Source of the DNA: an uncultured Gammaproteobacteria bacterium
GTDB taxonomy: Bacteria > Patescibacteriota > Patescibacteriia > SG8-24
Assembly (NCBI GenBank): GCA_964491475.1
Contig: CAZBFO010000004.1
Coordinates: 67,290 to 131,289, forward strand
Length of the DNA: 64,000 nucleotides
Direction of reading: 5' to 3'
Shown here piece by piece: positions 57,664 through 64,000 of this stretch (its first letter is position 1; each line of letters starts with the position of its first letter). A model generated the notes under the pieces. It saw only the letters and a program-made list of their open reading frames with translations, was not told where the DNA came from and searched no databases. A program made the position numbers and the translations under genes.

Positions 57664-57692
57664 CAGATAACGATAAATAAGCCGTTTTGTCA
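57664..57692 (-). promoter_or_regulatory. sigma70-like promoter (TTGACA-N17-TTATCT) for the TPM-pspA operon
   Basis: minus strand TTGACAAAACGGCTTATTTATCGTTATCT about 70 nt upstream of ATG 57592. Confidence 0.4.
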
Positions 57693-57743
57693 AGGCGGGC
57701 GGGAATAAAAAACCGGCAGCCAGATGCCGCCGGGTAGAGTGTC

Positions 57744-58043
57744 CTATCGCCCTTCGGAACGCGGAATCGCCTTGCCCAGCACCTCGTCGAGCAGTTCGAC
57801 GACCTTGTGCGGGTCATGCTTTCCGCCGGAGAGGTAGGACCGCATGGTCAGGCAGGCCCGATACAAATCGGGTGCCGCCGCCATCAGCGCCCACAGTTGC
57901 CGCGGCGTCAATTGCCGCTCTTCCAGGTTCGGCCTCTTGCCGACCAGCACCGGCACGACCACCGGGTCACCGAGGTTGAAGCGGTCTCCCGCATCCCCCG
58001 AGGGGACCATCTGTTTCCTTGCTCGAGTCCTTTTTGCCGCCAT
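57744..58043 (-). CDS. hypothetical protein (99 aa)
   Basis: ATG 58043 with SD GGGAGA; divergent from rpsP. Confidence 0.4.
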   Translation of the reverse strand: MAAKRTRARKQMVPSGDAGDRFNLGDPVVVPVLVGKRPNLEERQLTPRQLWALMAAAPDLYRACLTMRSYLSGGKHDPHKVVELLDEVLGKAIPRSEGR

Positions 58044-58126
58044 GTCGTTCTCCCATTCTGAAAACGGTGAGCACATAGGGCATAGAGAATGAAAAAACTG
58101 ATTTTGTCAATGTTGGCGGGCTCGTC

Positions 58127-58155
58127 TTGACACCGGCGGAGGTCGGTGGCACAAT
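58127..58155 (+). promoter_or_regulatory. sigma70-like promoter TTGACA-N17-CACAAT for rpsP
   Basis: TTGACA at 58127-58132, 17-nt spacer, CACAAT at 58150-58155. Confidence 0.5.
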
Positions 58156-58314
58156 CGTGCTGCTGTAGGAACCCGGGGTTGCTCATCCCGTCAGTTCCGC
58201 AAACTCGCGGCGTCCGACCGCATCGACCGAGACCATCTATCTCGAGACTGCATCGGACCTGCCGCATCCAAGGTGCCGAACCGGCACTTTCAATTATCTT
58301 TCATCCACTCAAGC

Positions 58315-58623
58315 ATGCTGGTCATCCGCCTCACCCGCGTCGGCAAGAAGAAGCAGCCGACCTACCGCCTCATCGTCCAGGAGAAGTCGCAGGACCCCTG
58401 GGGCAAGTCCAAGGAAATCGTCGGCAACTACAACCCCCGCACTAACCCCAAGTCGATCAGCCTCAAGGCCGATCGCATCAAGTACTGGATCGGTCTGGGG
58501 GCCCAGCCGTCCCCGTCGGTCCACAACCTCTTGGTGGACGCCAAGGTCCTGACCGCCGAAAAGCGGCCCGCCGCCTCCGGCACGGGCAAATCCGGCGCAA
58601 AGGAAGCCGCAGCCAAGGAGTAA
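58315..58623 (+). CDS. rpsP: 30S ribosomal protein S16
   Basis: MLVIRLTRVGKKKQPTYRLIV is the canonical S16 N-terminus; ATG 58315; C-terminal Ala/Lys-rich extension. Confidence 0.9.
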   Translation: MLVIRLTRVGKKKQPTYRLIVQEKSQDPWGKSKEIVGNYNPRTNPKSISLKADRIKYWIGLGAQPSPSVHNLLVDAKVLTAEKRPAASGTGKSGAKEAAAKE

Positions 58624-58640
58624 AAAACAGACATGTCAAA

Positions 58641-58668
58641 ACGCCCCCGCAACGGGGCGTTTTTGATT
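58641..58668 (+). terminator. Rho-independent terminator after rpsP
   Basis: ACGCCCCcgcaacGGGGCGT hairpin followed by TTTTGATTTT. Confidence 0.5.
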
Positions 58669-58695
58669 TTCCTGATGAAGTTATCAACGTCCGTT

Positions 58696-58724
58696 TTGAC
58701 AGCCTCCACGCTCGCTTTTATACT
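58696..58724 (+). promoter_or_regulatory. sigma70-like promoter TTGACA-N17-TATACT for the KH-domain gene
   Basis: TTGACA at 58696-58701, TATACT at 58719-58724. Confidence 0.5.
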
Positions 58725-58835
58725 AGACGCAGTTCCCGCCTCGCGGGAATCCGCGCCGAAAAGGACGCGGCTATTCATTAGAAGGATGCACCTTCTTCAC
58801 CCGGAGCGACCGGGAAAGAGCGTCACCGCCAAGAT

Positions 58836-59207
58836 ATGGCAGAACGGTTTTCCGATCAGGAATTCGTCGAATACGTCGTTAAGGGAATTGTCGGTCATCC
58901 GGAAGACGTCAAAACCGAAAGGACCATCGATGAGCGCGGAGTCCTCATCACGCTGCACATCAATCCGGAAGACATGGGCTACGTCATAGGCCGCCAAGGT
59001 CAGACCGCCCGATCCATCCGCACGCTGCTCAAGATCGTCGGCGCCAAGAACAACGCCCGCGTGAACCTCAAGATCTACGAGCCGGAAGGCAGCCGCCGCG
59101 CCCATCGTGAGCGCCAGGAAGCCGAAGGCCACCATGAGCCGGCCCACGCTGCCGCCTCGGTCAGCCGCGAGGACATCGACACCTCGGCCGTCGACCTCAC
59201 CATCTAA
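58836..59207 (+). CDS. KH-domain RNA-binding protein (YlqC/UPF0109 family)
   Basis: GxxG KH loop in YVIGRQGQTARSIRTLL; conserved neighbour of rpsP; His/Glu-rich tail. Confidence 0.8.
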   Translation: MAERFSDQEFVEYVVKGIVGHPEDVKTERTIDERGVLITLHINPEDMGYVIGRQGQTARSIRTLLKIVGAKNNARVNLKIYEPEGSRRAHRERQEAEGHHEPAHAAASVSREDIDTSAVDLTI

Positions 59208-59218
59208 GCGACCAAAAA

Positions 59219-59250
59219 GACGTCCGATTCGCCTCGGACGTTTTTGTTTG
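59219..59250 (+). terminator. Rho-independent terminator
   Basis: GACGTCCGAttcgccTCGGACGT hairpin followed by TTTTTGTTTG. Confidence 0.55.
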
Positions 59251-59336
59251 CGCCAGCACCGCAAACCCTTGATTTTTACGCGGAAACGTGTCATAACTTC
59301 ACGCAGTCCCTTCAAAGGACGGAAAAGGAACGTGCC

Positions 59337-60287
59337 ATGGCAGGCACCGCCAAAAAAGAATTCACCGGCCGAAACGACGGCTTTCAGAAGTACATCCAGC
59401 AGTGGGTTGGTCACGCGCTGCTCACGAAGGAACAGGAATACGACCTGATTCGCCGAGCGCAGGAAGAGGAACGCCAGCGCCTGGCGAACAAAAGCAAGCT
59501 GAAGCGACTCGGCAGAAAGGGCGCACGCCCGAAACGGAAGCCGAAGAAGCCCGTGGCGATGACCGCACTGGTCAATGCCAACGTGAGGCTGCTGCTCTCC
59601 ATCGCGCAGAAGTTCAACCGAGCGGGTGCGCTCCGCGGCGTCTACCTGGAAGACCTTTTTAACGTCGCCGCAATCGGCCTGAACAAGGCCGTGCTGAAGT
59701 TCGACTTCACCATGGGCTGCCGGCTCAACACCTATGCGACCTGGTGGATAAGGCAGGAACTGGCCAGGGCGCTGAACGACCTCGGCAGCACCATCCGGCT
59801 TCCCGTCTACGTGACCGAAGATCGCCGCAAGCTGCGGCGAGCGGCAAACCTCTACCAAGCCGAATTCGGACGCGAACCGGACGAAGAGGCGCTGGGCCAG
59901 ATGGTCCGCCTGCGTTCAGGCCGGGTGCAGGCCGTTTTGGACGCGCCTGCCGAGCCGTACTCGCTCGACAAACCGGCGCGAAGCCATGACGGGTCCTCCG
60001 ACATGCCCGGCACCATGCTGGACATGATGGCCGACACCGCGCACGAAGGGGAGTCCGCCGAGGACAAGGTGCTGCGTTCGGAAAAATACGCAGCGCTGAA
60101 CGCCGCTGCCGAACGGTGCCTCGACGAAAGGGCGCGCGAGATCTTGCGCTGCCGCTTCCGCGACGAGATGACGTTGGACGAGACCGCGGCCGCCATCGCC
60201 GAGCCGGGCGAAATGCCGCTCTCGCGCGAACGCATCCGGCAAATCGAAACGGCCTCGCTCGAACGGCTCCGCAAAGTCCTGCGGTAG
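59337..60287 (+). CDS. sigma-70 family RNA polymerase sigma factor (regions 2-4; no region 1.1)
   Basis: region 2 blocks (LLSIAQKF, RLNTYATWWIRQ), region 3, region 4.2 HTH (LDETAAAI...SRERIRQIE); ATG 59337 with SD GGAAAAGGAACG. Confidence 0.8.
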   Translation: MAGTAKKEFTGRNDGFQKYIQQWVGHALLTKEQEYDLIRRAQEEERQRLANKSKLKRLGRKGARPKRKPKKPVAMTALVNANVRLLLSIAQKFNRAGALRGVYLEDLFNVAAIGLNKAVLKFDFTMGCRLNTYATWWIRQELARALNDLGSTIRLPVYVTEDRRKLRRAANLYQAEFGREPDEEALGQMVRLRSGRVQAVLDAPAEPYSLDKPARSHDGSSDMPGTMLDMMADTAHEGESAEDKVLRSEKYAALNAAAERCLDERAREILRCRFRDEMTLDETAAAIAEPGEMPLSRERIRQIETASLERLRKVLR

Positions 60288-60293
60288 TCCCGC

Positions 60294-60323
60294 GCCCGTC
60301 CTTCATGGACGGGCTTTTTGTTT
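60294..60323 (+). terminator. Rho-independent terminator
   Basis: GCCCGTCCttcatGGACGGGC hairpin followed by TTTTTGTTTG. Confidence 0.5.
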
Positions 60324-60378
60324 GCCGAAGCGCTCTCGTCTGGTGGCGCCGGTGCTGTCATACTTACGAGACTCGCCT

Positions 60379-62121
60379 ATGTCAGCCCGCACCCGCCACC
60401 TGTTCGCCTTCTCCGCATGCGCCCTGCTGGCCGTCGTTTTCACTTGGCCGCTGGCAGCGCACATGAACGCCAGCTTCCCGTCAGCCGGCGTGTGGACCGC
60501 CGGCGACCCCGAAATGTTCATCTGGTGGTTCGATGTCGCCGCCAAGTCGTTGCGCGGCGCCTTGCCGACCGCTGCGTCAAAAATGCTGTTCTGGCCCAAC
60601 GGCATCAACCTGCTGGCCGGCTATGACGGCCCGCTGATGCTGGCCGTCGGCGTCCCCCTCACGCTGCTTTTCGGCAATCCCGTCCTAGCCTACGACCTGT
60701 TCATCCTGACCGCGCTTGCAGGCTCGGCGTTTGCCGCATACTTGTTGGGAATGCGGCTCACCCGTTCCTGGCCTGCGGCCATGTTGGTCGGCTTCCTCTT
60801 CGGCTTGAGTCCCTACATGCTTGTGCGTGCCGCGCAGCACCCCAACCTGCTGATGACCGGAACGCTGCCGCTGCTGCTGCTTGCCGCCTTTCGCTGGCTC
60901 GACCGACCGAAAGACAAAAGCTCTTACGCCTGGCTGGCATTGGCCGCGGCCGCAAATGCGGCATCGTCATGGTATTACGCCATCGCGGGACTCATTTTCC
61001 TGGCGATACTTTTTCTTTTCCAAGCCGACACCTGGCGAAAAAATGCGGCGCGTCTGATCGCTGCAGTTGCGGCCGTCGGCGTGGGAACAGGAATAGTCGC
61101 GCTTCCGCTGCTGTTCTCTCCCACCGGGGGAAGCGCGCCGTCCAGCGCGGCGTTCGTCGCTCGCATGGGTGCCAAGCCCATCGACTTCATCCTTCCGAAC
61201 GCGCTCACCAACGTCTTCGGCGATCTGCGCCGCGGCCTTCGCGATGACCCGCCAGCCTCCGACACGTTGCCCACGCCGAACGTGTTCGAACGGTCCTCCT
61301 ACTTCGGCATTCCGCTGCTGGTACTGGTTGCCATCTTCGCATGGCGACGGCGCACTTCAACATTGCCCGTGCCCGCTTTCTGGATTTGCGCCCTGATAAC
61401 GTTCACCTTGCTGTCCCTCGGCACCGAGGTCACCGTCCTCGGCCAACATCTCCCGATGCCCTTTGCGCTGCTGCGAGGTCTCTTTCCCTTCTCGCTGGCA
61501 CGCGTCCCAAACAGGTTCTTTGTGGGCGCCCTCCTCTGCGCGGCCGTGATGGCCGGCGACGTCGCTGCCCGATGGCTGGCGCAAAAACGCCTCCTTACCT
61601 TCGCGAATCGGGCCACGGCGGCCTGCTTCGGCATCATGTTCGTCGCAGAACGGCTCATCTTCCCCTATCCGATCTTCACCCAAGAAGTCTCCTCTTTCTT
61701 CGTAAGCATGGCCGCAGACCGGGACTTTTATGCCGTTGCCGACCTTCCCATCCCCTACACGGAGTTCAGCGAGTTCGACTACTACCAGATCCATCATGGC
61801 AAACCGACGACCGGCGGCGCCTACTATTACCCCGCGTACACGCCCGAGGTGCTTTCCTTCATCCGCAAGAATCCGCTGCTGGCCGCTTCGCTGTGCACGC
61901 CGCGCTTGCCCCACCCGAATCCCATCGACCTTGCTCGCGAAGTCTGGCCCGCCTTCCGCGGACAGAACGTCCGCTACGTCATCATTCACAACCTCCTGCT
62001 CCACGACATCCCGGAATGCGCCGGCATCCAGCAGACGCTCCGCGAGACGTTCCGGGAGCTCACGCCGTACTTTGCCGATGGCGACATCACCGTCTACCGT
62101 GTCCCCGCCCCAAACCGGTAG
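60379..62121 (+). CDS. large polytopic membrane protein, possibly GT-C-type glycosyltransferase-like
   Basis: about 12 TM segments in the N-terminal 400 aa, then a soluble C-terminal domain; ATG 60379 (MSARTRHLFAF). Confidence 0.5.
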   Translation: MSARTRHLFAFSACALLAVVFTWPLAAHMNASFPSAGVWTAGDPEMFIWWFDVAAKSLRGALPTAASKMLFWPNGINLLAGYDGPLMLAVGVPLTLLFGNPVLAYDLFILTALAGSAFAAYLLGMRLTRSWPAAMLVGFLFGLSPYMLVRAAQHPNLLMTGTLPLLLLAAFRWLDRPKDKSSYAWLALAAAANAASSWYYAIAGLIFLAILFLFQADTWRKNAARLIAAVAAVGVGTGIVALPLLFSPTGGSAPSSAAFVARMGAKPIDFILPNALTNVFGDLRRGLRDDPPASDTLPTPNVFERSSYFGIPLLVLVAIFAWRRRTSTLPVPAFWICALITFTLLSLGTEVTVLGQHLPMPFALLRGLFPFSLARVPNRFFVGALLCAAVMAGDVAARWLAQKRLLTFANRATAACFGIMFVAERLIFPYPIFTQEVSSFFVSMAADRDFYAVADLPIPYTEFSEFDYYQIHHGKPTTGGAYYYPAYTPEVLSFIRKNPLLAASLCTPRLPHPNPIDLAREVWPAFRGQNVRYVIIHNLLLHDIPECAGIQQTLRETFRELTPYFADGDITVYRVPAPNR

Positions 62122-62166
62122 CCAGCTTGTCAGGACGCCTCTTTCACGCTAGAGTAGCCAGTCACT

Positions 62167-62844
62167 ATGCGATTCGACGTACTGACCATCTTCCCCGCGA
62201 TGTTCGAGAGCTATTTCTCGGAATCCATCATCAAGCGCGCTCGCGAGCGCGGCCTTTTGGACATCCGCGTGCACGATCTCCGCGCCTGGGCCGAAAACAA
62301 GCACAACCGCGTCGACGACAAGCCCTACGGCGGCGGTCCGGGCATGGTCATGCAGGTCGGACCGTTCTATCGGGCGCTCAAGGCCCTCAAAGCGCTCACG
62401 CCGACCACGCGCAAGAAGATCCGAATCATCCTCATGTCCGCCAAGGGCAAGCGCTTCACGCACAAGGACGCCGTCCGCCTGGCAAAATACTCGCGCATCG
62501 TGCTGCTGTGCGGCCGCTACGAGGGCGTCGACGAGCGCGTGGCCGAACATTTGGCTGACGAGGAAATCTCCATCGGCGATTTCGTGCTGACCGGCGGCGA
62601 ACTGCCGGCCATGACGCTCATCGATTCGGTTTCGCGCCAGGTCAAAGGTGTCCTCGGCAAAAGCGAATCGCTGGCGCGCGAATCGCACGCCGAACCGGGC
62701 CTGACCGAACATCCCCAATACACCCGTCCTGAAGTCTTCGAGCCAAAGAAAGGCCAACGCTGGTCAGTCCCCGACGTTCTGGTGGGCGGCGACCACGCCA
62801 AAATCGAGGCTTGGCGCAAAAAGCAGCAAAAGCCGGCCAAGTAG
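62167..62844 (+). CDS. trmD: tRNA (guanine37-N1)-methyltransferase TrmD
   Basis: MRFDVLTIFPAMFESYF N-terminus, SPOUT knot motifs (YGGGPGMVM, LLCGRYEGVDERV), 225 aa. Confidence 0.9.
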   Translation: MRFDVLTIFPAMFESYFSESIIKRARERGLLDIRVHDLRAWAENKHNRVDDKPYGGGPGMVMQVGPFYRALKALKALTPTTRKKIRIILMSAKGKRFTHKDAVRLAKYSRIVLLCGRYEGVDERVAEHLADEEISIGDFVLTGGELPAMTLIDSVSRQVKGVLGKSESLARESHAEPGLTEHPQYTRPEVFEPKKGQRWSVPDVLVGGDHAKIEAWRKKQQKPAK

Positions 62845-62945
62845 GCCCGATATTGCGCGCAGGAAGGGAGAGGTATAGGATTGCTATTGCCATCTCCAAG
62901 GGTGGCGGCCGTCACAGTCCTTTCCCCGGGAAACAGGAGACAGCG

Positions 62946-63149
62946 ATGTCGTTCTTCAGCAAAATCGCAGCGTGCACCGCGCTGGCGTTCGCCGTCATGG
63001 CGATTTCACCGGCAACCGCCGAGGCAAGCCACAAGGGCAAGACGCACTCGGCCCAACAGGCCAAGAAGCATGGCAAGAAGCATGCCAAGCCTCGGCACCA
63101 CAAGAAGGGCCATCACAAGGCCCACAAGAAGGGCGCGCACAAGAAGTAA
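62946..63149 (+). CDS. secreted His/Lys-rich peptide (about 40-residue mature form)
   Basis: ATG 62946 with SD CAGGAGA; signal peptide MSFFSKIAACTALAFAVMAISPATAEA; mature SHKGKTHSAQQAKKHGKKHAKPRHHKKGHHKAHKKGAHKK; terminator follows. Confidence 0.55.
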   Translation: MSFFSKIAACTALAFAVMAISPATAEASHKGKTHSAQQAKKHGKKHAKPRHHKKGHHKAHKKGAHKK

Positions 63150-63170
63150 GCGCCAGTCACGTCACCGCCC

Positions 63171-63200
63171 GACCCGCCTGATCAAGGCAGGGTCTTTTTT
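63171..63200 (+). terminator. Rho-independent terminator (imperfect stem)
   Basis: GACCCgCC...GGcaGGGTC stem with internal loop, followed by TTTTTTT. Confidence 0.4.
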
Positions 63201-63292
63201 TACGCCCGGTCGCCACGTTGACAGGCCGGCATTTTTTTGCTTAGCTTTGAAGGTGTTCGACGCCACACGGCCTCACACGAGGAGCTCATTTC

Positions 63293-64000
63293 ATGGACGA
63301 CAACCGGCTCGAATTCATACAGCAACCGTGGGGATTCCGCAGAGACAAAACGCAGCCCGATTGGCTGCATTTCCCGAGGTTACGCTTGCTGCTGGGCTGG
63401 GGGCCCGGCATTCGGGAGTACTTCAGGAAGTCATCTCTGTCTGGTTTACGCACCATCGTCATTCCGGAGAGCGCGGACATCTCCCGTCCGCCCCTCGTCT
63501 GGCTTATGACCTGGTATGACGAGCACTTCCTCTTCAACACCCGCCTGCGTGAGAACGCCCCGCCGCTTGCCGTCTTTAGCGCCGGCAAGCAGAACCAGTG
63601 TTTCCGCCTCGGCGACGAAGGACTGCACAAGACCGAGCTGGACTCGACCATCAAAGGTCTGTTCCCAGTGAGCACATCTCCGGAGTTCGGAGTACGTCAC
63701 GCCGTCGACGATGACGGATCGCGGCTGGTGCTGGTTCAACGGTCCAAGCGGCTTAAGGCCAAATACCAGGAACGGATGAAACAGTTCGGCCTGGTGTACG
63801 CGCCCGGAACGGGCAAACGGGACAACAGCCCCGATGACCAACGCACGCCCAGCGAGCAGCACTTCGTCGAGTTCATCAGCGCAATCAAGCACGAGTACAT
63901 CGAGAAACGTGCCCGCGAACTCGAAAAGCACCCCGGCCTGCGACCGCCCAACTACGAGGAGCGTCGCAAGGCGCATATCCGATCTCGGCTCGGCGAGATG
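63293..64000 (+). CDS. hypothetical protein, 3' end beyond the window
   Basis: ATG 63293 with SD ACGAGGAGC; open in this frame to the window end; promoter-like TTGACA-N17-TTAGCT at 63218-63246; absent from the ORF track only because no stop occurs in-window. Confidence 0.5.
   Translation, partial: MDDNRLEFIQQPWGFRRDKTQPDWLHFPRLRLLLGWGPGIREYFRKSSLSGLRTIVIPESADISRPPLVWLMTWYDEHFLFNTRLRENAPPLAVFSAGKQNQCFRLGDEGLHKTELDSTIKGLFPVSTSPEFGVRHAVDDDGSRLVLVQRSKRLKAKYQERMKQFGLVYAPGTGKRDNSPDDQRTPSEQHFVEFISAIKHEYIEKRARELEKHPGLRPPNYEERRKAHIRSRLGEM

Noticed and set aside
1849-58100. Recurring AAGCCGTTT(T)GTCAA / TTTTGTCAA strings considered as a dispersed repeat family or regulon motif
   Set aside because: On the opposite strand they read TTGACAAAACGGCTT, that is, the -35 hexamer plus the first spacer bases of ordinary minus-strand promoters with a matching -10 at 16-18 nt. 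This is better explained as a promoter consensus than a mobile repeat. The copy at 1849 has no obvious downstream gene and may be an antisense promoter or chance.
1-64000. CRISPR arrays, prophage or integrative elements, especially next to tRNA-Glu
   Set aside because: No direct-repeat/spacer periodicity and no integrase, transposase, recombinase or phage structural genes anywhere in the window. The tRNA-Glu flanks are ordinary genes with terminators.

Overview
High-GC bacterial chromosomal window of about 64 kb (likely ~65% GC), densely coding on both strands. Many of the long listed ORFs are GC-driven antisense artefacts. The window has no rRNA, CRISPR array, transposase or integrase, and no CRISPR-Cas, restriction-modification, classical toxin-antitoxin or secretion gene cluster, so I found no single obvious defense-type system. 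Core genes present: ftsH, an orphan PilB/GspE-family ATPase, tsaE-tsaD, a fused coaD-coaE, a saccharopine dehydrogenase, tRNA-Glu(TTC), NAD kinase, an ApbE flavin transferase with an FMN-binding lipoprotein, a NudC-like Nudix hydrolase with nadA, a GH31 glycosidase, a phosphodiester glycosidase, a sensor kinase with a receiver-only response regulator, Hsp20, VanW, a zinc block (CDF transporter, znuBCA, zur), clpP, nrnA, a hinge-less 772-aa SMC, PspA with a TPM-domain coiled-coil membrane protein, and an rpsP-KH-sigma70-membrane protein-trmD stretch. The candidates for novel biology are ranked in the findings: (1) three paralogous small zinc-ribbon proteins at two loci, each next to a paralogous TrmB-like regulator, with a peroxiredoxin/thioredoxin pair; (2) a shared GTAC-N7-GTAC operator palindrome in front of both the nadA-Nudix/regulator locus and NAD kinase, pointing to an undescribed NAD regulon; (3) a trio of trypsin-fold proteins, two apparently catalytically dead, flanking nrnA and the hinge-less SMC; (4) a PspA plus TPM-domain operon; (5) a secreted 40-residue His/Lys-rich peptide; (6) a large hypothetical protein with a C-terminal HExxH...E motif preceded by a strongly translated upstream ORF; (7) a bacterial PPAT-DPCK fusion. 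Promoters follow a clear TTGACAAAA-N-TATAGT-like consensus and most genes end in obvious hairpin-plus-T-run terminators, which let me correct several start codons. Promoter and terminator coordinates are approximate to within a few nt. All calls rest on motif recognition by eye; no database searches were run.
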